Source: Candidatus Hadarchaeales archaeon
GTDB lineage: Archaea; Hadarchaeota; Hadarchaeia; Hadarchaeales; Hadarchaeaceae
Assembly: GCA_038872135.1 (NCBI GenBank)
Contig: JAVZGN010000004.1
Span: 28,525 to 75,496, forward strand
Direction: 5' to 3'
Length of the DNA: 46,972 nt
Shown here: positions 1-9,079 of the stretch, one piece after another
Numbering within the stretch: the first letter of the stretch is position 1
Layout of the letters: every line of letters begins with the position of its first letter
Notes under the pieces: model-generated
Seen by the model: the letters and a program-made list of their open reading frames with translations, nothing else
The model's database searches: none
Told to the model about the DNA's origin: nothing
Translations under genes and position numbers: made by a program

Positions 1-2
1 CA

Positions 3-1145
3 TGTCTAAGAGAAGATCTAATAGAGATAATCAAGCTGGCGAAGCTGCAGGGGTTCGACCACGTCCAGCTAAACACAAATGGGATCAGGCTGGCCCACAA
101 CCCTGAGCTGGTGGCGAAGGTCAGAGAGGCGGGAGTGAACACCCTCTACCTCAGCTTCGACGGTCTCACAGAAAAAACCAATCCAAAAAATCACTGGGAA
201 ATCCCGCAGGTGATGGAAAACTGCAGGAAAGTTGGACTGGGGATAGTTTTTGTCCCAACAGTGATAAAATCTGTGAATGATCACGAGGTAGGAGATATCC
301 TGAAATTTGCCTTCAAAAACATCGACATCGTTAGGAGCGTTAACTATCAGCCAGTTTCCCTCGTCGGAAGGATGCCGAAAAGCGAAAGGGACAAGTACAG
401 AATTACCATCCCAGACATCATAAAAAAACTTGAAGAACAGACCAACGGCGCCCTCAAGATGGAGGACTTCTTCCCCGTCCCAACAGAGGTTTACATAAGC
501 GACTTCATCTCTGCGTTGGTCGGCCGCCCCATGTATGAGATGAGCAGCCATTTCGCATGCGGTGCCGCAACCTATGTCTTTCAGAAGGATGGAGAGATAT
601 GGCCCCTGACAAGATTCATAGATGTGGAGGGCTTCCTAGAGTACATGAGGGGAAAGACGGAGGAGCTCAAGAAGGGAAAGAGTAGATTTTTCGTTGGTCT
701 TAAGCTCATGGCGGCAATAGGCAAGTTCATAGACAAGAAGAAAAAGCCCAAGGAGCTCGACATCGACAAGATCATCTACAATGCCTTCATAAAGCACGAC
801 TACAGTGCAATCGGGCAGTTCCACATGAAGTCCCTTTTCATCGGGATGATGCACTTCATGGATTTGTACAACTATGACATTGAGAGGGTCAAGCGCTGCT
901 GCATCCACTACACCCTCACTGACAAGAGGGTGATCCCCTTCTGCGCCTTCAACGTCATCCCCCAGTGGTACAGGGACAGCGCTCAGAGGAGTCAGGGCAT
1001 TTCCTTTGAGGAGTGGGAGGCCAAGACCGGAAAGAAACTTAAGGATGATCTTTACAAGAGGGACGTTGAGAAGCTCAAGAATTCAGAGGCCTACAAAAAA
1101 TTCCTCTCGCAGGTTGAGGAAATAAAATCAAGTGCTGGCGTCTAG
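3..1145 (+). CDS. tes: Radical SAM protein, tetraether lipid synthase (Tes / GDGT-MAS, MJ0619 family); 5' end lies outside the window
   Basis: Frame is open from position 3 (CLREDLIEIIKLAKLQGFDHVQLNTNGIRLA). It has LYLSFDG, HFACGAATY and the C-terminal Cys motif KRCCIHY...VIPFCAFN typical of the MJ0619/Tes family. Confidence 0.75.
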   Translation, partial: CLREDLIEIIKLAKLQGFDHVQLNTNGIRLAHNPELVAKVREAGVNTLYLSFDGLTEKTNPKNHWEIPQVMENCRKVGLGIVFVPTVIKSVNDHEVGDILKFAFKNIDIVRSVNYQPVSLVGRMPKSERDKYRITIPDIIKKLEEQTNGALKMEDFFPVPTEVYISDFISALVGRPMYEMSSHFACGAATYVFQKDGEIWPLTRFIDVEGFLEYMRGKTEELKKGKSRFFVGLKLMAAIGKFIDKKKKPKELDIDKIIYNAFIKHDYSAIGQFHMKSLFIGMMHFMDLYNYDIERVKRCCIHYTLTDKRVIPFCAFNVIPQWYRDSAQRSQGISFEEWEAKTGKKLKDDLYKRDVEKLKNSEAYKKFLSQVEEIKSSAGV

Positions 1146-1787
1146 AAATCCCCTTAAATCCTCCCTGAAGTCCCGCAGCTCCAGGATATTTTTAAACTCC
1201 TCGAAGATGAGCGACTCCAACCCAATTTTCTCAGCGAGGGCCAAAGCAACATCTTTTTTCGCTTTTGTGGTTGGGTGTTTTGGAGTAGCATAGCAGCAGC
1301 CTGCGTGAACCTCCTCCCACAGCCCCAGCCGCCTGGACATCTCAACCACCTCCACCTTGTCACGGCAGAGGAGAGGTCTGATGATAGGAAGTTTAATCCC
1401 CCCCGACGTCACGGCGAGATTCTGAATGGTCTGAGAAGCTTTTTGGCCGATTGATTCTCCAGTGACTATCCCGGCTGCACCCTCCCTCTCACAGATAGCC
1501 TCTGCAACCTTGAACATCCCGCTTCTGCACAGGACACAGGAGTATCTTCCCCCGGAGCCAAGGATGCGCTTAAGAATCCTCCCCCAGGGGAAAACCAGCG
1601 CCTTCTCGAAGCCAACCTTCTCCTTCAGCTTTTTCATCACCTCCACCGCCGTGAAGAAGTTTTCCTCGCAGGTGTAGGGGTAGAGGCAGAAGTGGAGGGG
1701 GATTATCTCAAAGCTTCGGGAGGCAATTGCCGCGGCCACCGGAGAGTCTATCCCACCCGAGATCAGGCAAACCACCTTTTCGGTCAT
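1128..1787 (-). CDS. thiI: ThiI-like tRNA sulfurtransferase, PP-loop domain only (no THUMP domain)
   Basis: PP-loop LISGGIDSPVA, CVLC, IVTGESIGQKASQT, IRPL, CCYATPKHPTTKA. Start placed at MTEKVV (ATG 1787). Confidence 0.75.
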   Translation of the reverse strand: MTEKVVCLISGGIDSPVAAAIASRSFEIIPLHFCLYPYTCEENFFTAVEVMKKLKEKVGFEKALVFPWGRILKRILGSGGRYSCVLCRSGMFKVAEAICEREGAAGIVTGESIGQKASQTIQNLAVTSGGIKLPIIRPLLCRDKVEVVEMSRRLGLWEEVHAGCCYATPKHPTTKAKKDVALALAEKIGLESLIFEEFKNILELRDFREDLRGFLDAST

Positions 1788-1859
1788 CGCCCGTATTTTC
1801 GCCCCAAAAAATAAATCTCCATCGTTAATCATTTAACATGACCACTCCACATATAATTG

Positions 1860-2291
1860 ATGAAGCTCCTGTTTATCCATGCAAACTACATGAACTACCA
1901 GGTGAAGGAAAAAGCCAAATCTGCTGAAGAATTACCCCCCCAGAGAAAAGCCGGTGGAATGAGAGATCCCCTCATAATTTTCGTGTGTTCAGAGAAGAGG
2001 GATGAAATCGACGAGGAAGTGATTGGGTTAACGATGAAGGAGATAAAAGATGTGGCCTCCAAGGTAAAGGCGAAAAATCTTGTCCTCTTCCCCTTTGCAC
2101 ACCTCTCCTCCAGTCTTTCATCGCCAGAGTTTGCCGTTCAAGTCCTAAAATGTTTGGAGTGCAAGCTGGCGGAAGAGGGTTTCAGAGTCATGAGGGTACC
2201 GTTTGGATGGTACAAAGCCTTTGAGTTCAAAAGCAAAGGGCATCCGCTGTCAGTTTTGTCTAGATCAATCCCAAAGGAGGGGGTCTCCTAG
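1860..2291 (+). CDS. Stand-alone archaeal threonyl-tRNA synthetase editing domain (Ser-tRNAThr deacylase, DTD-like)
   Basis: MKLLFIH start, FPFAHLSS and PFGWYKAF...KGHPLSVLSR motifs of the archaeal ThrRS editing domain. Confidence 0.88.
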   Translation: MKLLFIHANYMNYQVKEKAKSAEELPPQRKAGGMRDPLIIFVCSEKRDEIDEEVIGLTMKEIKDVASKVKAKNLVLFPFAHLSSSLSSPEFAVQVLKCLECKLAEEGFRVMRVPFGWYKAFEFKSKGHPLSVLSRSIPKEGVS

Positions 2292-2343
2292 CTGTGTTTG
2301 GTTCACCACAAAGTTTATTGGGGCGGGCACGAAAATAATATTG

Positions 2344-2757
2344 ATGAGACAGCTTCTATCTCTCCTAGTAGTCGGCCTTTTCATGTGTTCACTGTTAGTT
2401 CCAGCTTTAGCCGCTCAAGAAAGTGAGGGAGGGGAAGGAGGTCCTGCGGGACAGGAGGGAGGATGGGAATCGGAGCCCACCACCTCTCCACAAACCGGAG
2501 AACCCTCAGAAGTGCCTGGAGGTACCCAGCCAACTGAAACTTTTCCTGGGCCTTTAGAGCCAGGAGGAGGTGAAGAGCCCCCTGAAAATGTGGCTGGCGG
2601 CGGAGGCCTCACAGACTTCCGGACATTGACGGTGGCGTTCACTATTTTAATCATTCTGGTCCTCGCGGTCTTCCTGTTTAAAAAGGCGAGAGTTCAAAAG
2701 CCTTCGACGATAAAATCAGAAGAAACTCCAGAAACAGAACCAGAGCTAAGCTTTTGA
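2344..2757 (+). CDS. Small membrane-anchored surface protein (signal peptide, acidic Gly/Pro/Thr-rich linker, C-terminal TM helix)
   Basis: MRQLLSLLVVGLFMCSLLVPALAA signal peptide, low-complexity E/G/P/T stalk, then hydrophobic LTVAFTILIILVLAVFLF followed by KKAR. Confidence 0.65.
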   Translation: MRQLLSLLVVGLFMCSLLVPALAAQESEGGEGGPAGQEGGWESEPTTSPQTGEPSEVPGGTQPTETFPGPLEPGGGEEPPENVAGGGGLTDFRTLTVAFTILIILVLAVFLFKKARVQKPSTIKSEETPETEPELSF

Positions 2758-4098
2758 CACCGCCCTTTTCCAGAGAAATGAAAGCACCTTGGCGCCTCTC
2801 AGAGGTGAGGGGTAGGATGGGAGCTTCATCTCAGCCAGCTTTCTGCGCTCCTCTTCTTCGGCCCTTCCGCCACCCAGCATCACCGGAATGATTGGCTTCC
2901 CCCCCTTTGAATGTTTTGCCAAAACTTCTGAAATCCCAGGCATTGGATCCCCGACAATCACTATCGCTGAGTGGATGTAATCCCACGCAAGAAGCTCTGA
3001 AAGCGCGGCATCATAGCTCTGAGAAGTTGCGCTGCCGGTTAGATCAAGCGGATTTTTAATTATGCACTCCGGTGGCAGACTTTTTTTAAGTTTTTCAGCG
3101 AGGGCTTCTTCTAGAGAAACAACATTCAACCCAAGCTCCTCGCAGGCATCGGTCGCCAGAATCCCACAACCACCAGAACTCGTGACAATAGCAACATTTG
3201 GTCCCTTTGGAAGTGGCAACGTCACAAAAGCTTTGCAGGCATCATAGAGTTCCTCGACCCCTTCAACCCTGAGAACTCCAGCTTTTCTGAAGGCCGCATC
3301 GAAGACCCTGTCAAGCCCCGCAAGAGACCTTGTGTGAGATCTGGCAGCCTCTGCCCCCTTTTCCGTCTTTCCCCCCTTCAGGACAACAATCGGCTTTCTC
3401 CCAGAAACTCTTCGCGCGATTTCCAAAAATTTTCTCCCATCTCTGGTCCCCTCGATATAAAGGGCGATCACCTTGGTCTCTTCATCCTCCCCCAGGTAGT
3501 CGATGAGTTCGATTTCATCCACATCACATTTGTTCCCCAGCGCCACCATCTTTGATACCCCTATCCCTTCGGCCTCGGCCCAGCACCCGATCGCTGCCAG
3601 CACAGTGCCACTTTGAGAAATTACAGAGATGGATCCTTTAGTTTTCACGAGGGGCCAGCTCGCGCAAAGCCCAACCCCAGCGCTGTTGATTCCCTGGCAG
3701 TTTGGCCCCACGACTCTCACTCCAGCATTCTTCGCCGCCTCCACCAGCTGAGCCTCAAGCTGAGCTCCAGCATCCCCAACCTCCCTGAAACCACCGGAGA
3801 TGACCACAACCCCTCGAACGCCTTTCTTCCCACAATCTGTGACCACCGATGGAACAAATCTCGCCGGGACAATGATGACGGCAAGGTCAACTTTTTCCGG
3901 AACATCATTGATCGATGGATAGCACTTCAGTCCGAGGATTTCATCGGCCTTTGGGTTAACTGGATAAATTTTCCCCCTGAATCCAGCGTCGATTATGTTC
4001 TTCAAAATCTCGTGGCCCAGCTTCCCAGGCTCCCTTGAGGCCCCGATAACCGCCACGCTCTCCGGCTCAAAAAAACACTTCAGCCCACCAAAGGCCAT
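2746..4098 (-). CDS. acdA: ADP-forming acyl/acetate-CoA ligase, alpha subunit
   Basis: PESVAVIGAS CoA-binding motif, GPNCQG, SQSG, phospho-His loop ARSHTRSLAG, NPLDLTG. Confidence 0.88.
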   Translation of the reverse strand: MAFGGLKCFFEPESVAVIGASREPGKLGHEILKNIIDAGFRGKIYPVNPKADEILGLKCYPSINDVPEKVDLAVIIVPARFVPSVVTDCGKKGVRGVVVISGGFREVGDAGAQLEAQLVEAAKNAGVRVVGPNCQGINSAGVGLCASWPLVKTKGSISVISQSGTVLAAIGCWAEAEGIGVSKMVALGNKCDVDEIELIDYLGEDEETKVIALYIEGTRDGRKFLEIARRVSGRKPIVVLKGGKTEKGAEAARSHTRSLAGLDRVFDAAFRKAGVLRVEGVEELYDACKAFVTLPLPKGPNVAIVTSSGGCGILATDACEELGLNVVSLEEALAEKLKKSLPPECIIKNPLDLTGSATSQSYDAALSELLAWDYIHSAIVIVGDPMPGISEVLAKHSKGGKPIIPVMLGGGRAEEEERRKLAEMKLPSYPSPLRGAKVLSFLWKRAVSKA

Positions 4099-5474
4099 CT
4101 CGGCTTCACCTCCAGACCTATCCTCCGGTCAAGCTCAAGCCCAATTTTTTCCACTTCTTCCATCACCTTCTCCTCATCCACTGTAAGGATTCTCCTTTCC
4201 TTCATTATAATCTTTCCATCCACAATCACAGTGTCGACATCCCCTCCGCTGGCAGAATAGACGAGATTTGAGATGGGATTTCTCACCGGCTGGAGATGGG
4301 GCTTCTTCTGGTTGACGATGACGATGTCCGCAAGTTTTCCTGCCTCGATCGATCCCAGCTCATCTCTCCACAGAGTTGCTCTTGCCCCCCTGAGCGTGGC
4401 CATCTCAAGGACTTCTTCAGCCGGCAAAACCTCAGGGTCCAAAAGTCTCCCTTTATGAACTATCGCAGCCAGCCTCATCTCTCTTATCATGTCATAGGTG
4501 TTGTTGCTTGGCCCTCCGTCACATCCAAGAGCCACGTTTACCCCAGCTTTGAGCATCTCTGGCACCGGGGCGAAACCAGAGGCCAGCTTGAGGTTGCTGG
4601 CGGGGCAGTGGCATACAGTTCCTCCAGTCTCCTTCAAGATCTCAAAATCTTCTGGAGGAATCCAAACACCATGAGCATAAATCACATGAGGGCCGACGAG
4701 ACCGCAGTGCTTCATGAACTGCATCGGCGTCATCCCAAACTCATTTTTCATGTACCTGATGTCATCGCGAACCTCTGCGAGGTGAAGAGTTATCCCTGTG
4801 TTCAATTCTCTCGCAGTTTCTGCAATTCTCCTATAATATTCAACTGTTGCCCCTCCCGGAGTTCTCGGCCCAAACCACACATGAATCCTGTTGTTGGCCT
4901 TCCCATGCCAGCGTTTGTAAAGTTGGATGTTCTGCTTCAGGGCCTCCTCCCCATCTTCCCTCATGCTTGGATGAATCGCTTCAGGAAAATCTGCATAGCC
5001 GGGGAGATTCATGAGCTTTTTTGTGAGGACTGCCCTGATCCCCATTCCCTCCACCGCCCGGGCAACTTCCTCCAGCCCATACTTCCAGTGAAGACCACTT
5101 TCAACAAAGCAGGTCGTCCCAGATTTTATCATCTCAATGCAGCAGAGCTTTGCGCTTACCTCTCCCTCCCGGGGGGTGTACGCCCCTTGGAGTGGGTGGA
5201 CGCGCTTGCTAAGCCAGTCCACCAAGGAAAGGTCATCAGCACACCCGCGCAGGAGAGCCTGGGCGAGATGAACATGGCAGTCGACAAATCCAGGAAGAAC
5301 AAGATTTCTCCTGCAGTCAATTTCTACATCCCCCCTGAAATTTTTTCTTATCTCAGGTGTTTTTCCAACGGCGATGATTCTATTTCCCTCCACCACAACT
5401 GCACCATCCTGCAGTATCTCTCTCCTTGCATTCATCGTCACCACGGTTCCGTGCGCCAGTATCAGGTCCGCCAC
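4080..5474 (-). CDS. Amidohydrolase, MTA/SAH (nucleoside) deaminase family
   Basis: PGFVDCHVH, LHLAE, AHGVW, HCPASNLKLASG, LGCDG, GSIEAGKLADI. GTG start after a GAGGTTGA SD. Confidence 0.85.
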   Translation of the reverse strand: MADLILAHGTVVTMNARREILQDGAVVVEGNRIIAVGKTPEIRKNFRGDVEIDCRRNLVLPGFVDCHVHLAQALLRGCADDLSLVDWLSKRVHPLQGAYTPREGEVSAKLCCIEMIKSGTTCFVESGLHWKYGLEEVARAVEGMGIRAVLTKKLMNLPGYADFPEAIHPSMREDGEEALKQNIQLYKRWHGKANNRIHVWFGPRTPGGATVEYYRRIAETARELNTGITLHLAEVRDDIRYMKNEFGMTPMQFMKHCGLVGPHVIYAHGVWIPPEDFEILKETGGTVCHCPASNLKLASGFAPVPEMLKAGVNVALGCDGGPSNNTYDMIREMRLAAIVHKGRLLDPEVLPAEEVLEMATLRGARATLWRDELGSIEAGKLADIVIVNQKKPHLQPVRNPISNLVYSASGGDVDTVIVDGKIIMKERRILTVDEEKVMEEVEKIGLELDRRIGLEVKPRWPLVG

Positions 5475-5528
5475 AGCATCAACCTCAGATAATCTCTAAA
5501 CCAAGTTTATATAATTGAGGATTGGAAC

Positions 5529-6137
5529 ATGAAAGAAATAGTTCTAGTCGGTCGCCCAAATGTCGGAAAGTCCAGCCTGATAAGGGCATTGACTGGCATC
5601 AAGGTCAGGATTGGAAAAAGACCAGGAGTGACCAGAAAAGTTCATCGCTACCGGCTGGACGGGTTGGAGATCGTGGATATGCCAGGATTTGGTTTCATGG
5701 CAGGAGTTTCAAGAGAATATCAGGAAAAAGTCAAAACAGATATCGTCAGATACCTGGAAAACAATGCTGGAAAAATTCTCTTCGCAATTCTCGTGATAGA
5801 TGCAAAATCATTTCTCGACATCACTGAGAGATGGGAGAGAAAAAAGCAACTCCCATTTGACATAGAAATGTTTCACTTCCTCGAAGAGCTCAAGCTTCAC
5901 CCGATTCTCGCGGTTAATAAATTTGACATGATTTATACTGACGAGAGAGATATCCTGCTCGATAAGATCTGCGAGAAGTTCGGGCTTCTTCCACCTTGGA
6001 GGCAGTGGCTAGACATCATCGCTCCAATTTCCGCTAAAACGGGTGAGGGCATAGATGATCTTTTGAAGATAATTGGAAAAAGGTTGAAGAGAAAAGGCAA
6101 GGAAAAATTCCTCTTTTACTTTAAGAAATTTAGATAG
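5529..6137 (+). CDS. engB: GTP-binding protein EngB (YihA/YsxC family)
   Basis: G1 GRPNVGKS, PGVT, DMPGFGFM, NKFD, ISAKTG. Confidence 0.92.
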   Translation: MKEIVLVGRPNVGKSSLIRALTGIKVRIGKRPGVTRKVHRYRLDGLEIVDMPGFGFMAGVSREYQEKVKTDIVRYLENNAGKILFAILVIDAKSFLDITERWERKKQLPFDIEMFHFLEELKLHPILAVNKFDMIYTDERDILLDKICEKFGLLPPWRQWLDIIAPISAKTGEGIDDLLKIIGKRLKRKGKEKFLFYFKKFR

Positions 6138-7029
6138 TCTTACACAAGGTATATCTGGTTGGAGTGGTCAGAAGTCTTCGCAATATTTCCGCAAGGTCTA
6201 TCTCAAGTTTTTCTCCATTTCTGAGCCTGTTGACGAGCACCAAAGTGTCGAGGCCTATCTTGATCATATCCTTTTCAAGCTTCGGCTTGTCCACCTTGCT
6301 CACATCTATTGCTCCTTTTTTCTCGGGGGCGGCGAGAATTGCGAGGATCTCTGCCACCAAGATTTTTCCATCCCTTCTCCCCTCATAGAAATCCCGCATG
6401 ATTGAATAAACGGAAAACTCCATGGAGCTGGCGAGAACCCCCATTCTCTTGTAAGATTCCAGCTTTGGAGTCACCAATTCCGTAAGGGGGGAGAACTGGG
6501 GGGTCTCGGCGAAGTAGAGATCATCTTTTGTGTGGGTTATCCCGACCCACAGGTTCTTTTGCAGCTCATACCCATGTAGTTTCGCCGCTGCGATGATCAG
6601 AGGAATTAGCTCGAAATTGGAGATCGCAGGATATTCTGGGCCGACAGCAGCTCTTGTAGTGCCCTCGTCTCTTACAGCTCCTGAACTCACAACTAGATCT
6701 CCAATATTTATGAATGGCTGAAGGGCGCCCGCCGTCCCAAGCCTAAGGAGGGTGATCGGGCCTTTTGCAAGTTCTATTGCTTCGGGAAGAACTATTGCTG
6801 TGCTGGCCGGCCCCATCCCTGTGGCAAAGGCAGAGACATCAATTCCCTTATATCTTCCGTGAACAACTGTATGCCCCCGATCCCCCTCTTCAACTGTGGG
6901 ATTTTCCAAGAATGCAGCAATCTTCTTGATCCTCCCAGGGGAACCCGCACTCAAGATGTTCGGATGGATTTTATCGATGTCGAGGTGATATGCTTTTCCT
7001 GTTGCGGTCCTGAAAGTTATTGGCTCCAC
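6130..7029 (-). CDS. Uridine/nucleoside phosphorylase family protein
   Basis: YHL, GSPGR, TGMGPAS, RLGTAGALQ, AVRDEGTT...YPA, SME. Confidence 0.8.
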   Translation of the reverse strand: MEPITFRTATGKAYHLDIDKIHPNILSAGSPGRIKKIAAFLENPTVEEGDRGHTVVHGRYKGIDVSAFATGMGPASTAIVLPEAIELAKGPITLLRLGTAGALQPFINIGDLVVSSGAVRDEGTTRAAVGPEYPAISNFELIPLIIAAAKLHGYELQKNLWVGITHTKDDLYFAETPQFSPLTELVTPKLESYKRMGVLASSMEFSVYSIMRDFYEGRRDGKILVAEILAILAAPEKKGAIDVSKVDKPKLEKDMIKIGLDTLVLVNRLRNGEKLEIDLAEILRRLLTTPTRYTLCKTI

Positions 7030-7513
7030 AAGAGCACCTCCTATTTTTTCTCATGGTTAGGTTTAAATAACTTACATTGGCGTTAAGCATCGTCTCCACA
7101 TGGCTGTAGATGGTAAGTAAAGATTTTGATGCTCTTCGAAATGAGCTAACGGATGAAATAATCGGGCAGATCGTAGCTAAAACACGTCAATAATTTTTCC
7201 CCGTCCTTCTGCATTTAGGTCATGCTTCCAATGTCAGAGGTTGTTCAGATATCGAATGTCATGAGTAACATGCTGGAATTGCTAGTTTTGGTTACTTTGT
7301 TTTGCAAGTTCGAGGAACATGTCATACATATTCAATATTGCTCGCCAATTGTTGAGAATCGCTTAGAAACCACAACGCTCACACGCCCAAGCTTACCATG
7401 ATGCAGTCATCAATTTTGGAAAAGAAGTAGATATCACGCAAATTAAAGTCAAATTTAAAAGAGACTAAAACAAAAACACAATCAAGGGGAAAACTTCGGG
7501 CGGGAGGGGATCT

Positions 7514-9001
7514 ATGAGCGAAATAGTTTTGACGGCCGATCGCTCCCTCATGTCAGAATATGGAGGAGGCATTTTCGTTGGTTTTGCCGCCTGCGCCCCA
7601 AAGCTCATTCCAGAGTGGCTCTACAGGATAATCCTCTGTCCTCCAGTCCCCGAAAGTGATGGAATCGCAAAGTTGGCTCCCTGCGGGACAAGAAAGATGG
7701 AGGCAGCGCTCCTTCAGGAGGGTTTCGACGTTAAGGTGGCTCACCCAGACCATCTCCACAAAGTCATAGGGCCAGAGACAAAGGCCATAGGGATAACAAC
7801 GAACGATCCGCTTGGGCTTGGTCCAGCATCTTCCACTTTCAGTAGCCTGCTTGGGCGAGAACCATATTCAGCAGTCTTTTTCCGGAAGCTCATCACAAAT
7901 CCAATTCTGAGAGCAAATGGAGCAAAAATAATAGTAGGTGGTCCAGGGGCCTGGCAACTGGCGGAGGAAAGGATAGCAGCCAAGTTGGGCATTGACTGCG
8001 TAATTGTCGGGGAAGGGGAGATCACCGGTGTGGAGATGTTTAGACGAGCGCTCGAGGGGAAGGAATTACCTAGGATAGTAGAGGGGGAAGTGGTGCCACT
8101 TGATAAAATTCCTGCGATAAAAAATCCCACCATATGTGGGTTGGTCGAGATAGCGAGGGGCTGTGGCAAGGGCTGTCACTTCTGCATTCCGACACTCCGG
8201 CAGCTCAGGTGCAGGCCCATCGAAAAGATAATGGAAGAGATAAAGGTCAACCTCTCAGCAGGTGCCAACGGCGCTCTCCTTCACGCCGAAGACACATTAA
8301 GATATGGTGCAAACGGTCCAGTCCCAGAGGAAGAAAAGGTGCTCAAGCTTTTCACAAGTGCTCTTAAACTCACGCCCCACGTTGGGATTTCACACTTTGC
8401 ATTCTCATCGGTTGTAGCCAAGCCCACCCTCGTTCAGAAAATAACTGAGATGCTTAGTTCCGCCGATGATAACTTCTCATACCTCTCCGGACAGGTGGGA
8501 ATAGAAACGGGGTCGGTGAGAATGGTGAGAAAACACATGCACGGGAAAGCTCTTCCATTCAAGCCCGAGGAATGGCCAGACATAGTGGTGGAAGCTCATA
8601 AAATTCTAGCCGAGAACCGGTGGATCCCATGTTCCACCTTGATAATGGGACTACCGGGAGAAACTCCAGAGGATACTATGAAAACCATCGAACTACTCGA
8701 CAGGATAAAGAACTACACCTCTCTTATAGTCCCGCTATTTTTCGTCCCAATAGGTGGTCTCAAGAGCGAGAGGTTTTTTGGGGTGAAAGATATGAGGCCA
8801 GATCATTGGCAGCTCATCGCAGCCTGTCTTCGACATGATTTTAGGTGGATAGATAAGCTGGCCGATGATTATTTCAGAAGCTGGACAAGAAGGGTTGCTA
8901 TAAAAGGAGGGATCTTGGGAACCATCAAGCGAGCAGTCAAACCATACATCAAAATGATGGAGGAGGGAATTAATCCACTATACCGAAACTCTGATAGTTA
9001 A
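7514..9001 (+). CDS. B12-binding-like-domain radical SAM protein, likely GDGT-modifying Grs/Gms family
   Basis: IVLTADRSLMS start, APCGTRKMEAAL, DPLGLGP, GGPGAWQL, EIARGCGKGCHFC (CxxxCxxC), GIETGS, GLPGET. Confidence 0.65.
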   Translation: MSEIVLTADRSLMSEYGGGIFVGFAACAPKLIPEWLYRIILCPPVPESDGIAKLAPCGTRKMEAALLQEGFDVKVAHPDHLHKVIGPETKAIGITTNDPLGLGPASSTFSSLLGREPYSAVFFRKLITNPILRANGAKIIVGGPGAWQLAEERIAAKLGIDCVIVGEGEITGVEMFRRALEGKELPRIVEGEVVPLDKIPAIKNPTICGLVEIARGCGKGCHFCIPTLRQLRCRPIEKIMEEIKVNLSAGANGALLHAEDTLRYGANGPVPEEEKVLKLFTSALKLTPHVGISHFAFSSVVAKPTLVQKITEMLSSADDNFSYLSGQVGIETGSVRMVRKHMHGKALPFKPEEWPDIVVEAHKILAENRWIPCSTLIMGLPGETPEDTMKTIELLDRIKNYTSLIVPLFFVPIGGLKSERFFGVKDMRPDHWQLIAACLRHDFRWIDKLADDYFRSWTRRVAIKGGILGTIKRAVKPYIKMMEEGINPLYRNSDS

Positions 9002-9079
9002 TTCAGGCAGAAAACGCAAACCCACAGGACATCCTAGCTATACTTTTTAGCTGGGTGTCGAAAGAGCCCCTGATAGGCT

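Noticed and set aside
4296-5492. 398-aa plus-strand ORF
   Set aside because: Entirely antisense to the well-supported amidohydrolase and has no motifs; a shadow ORF.
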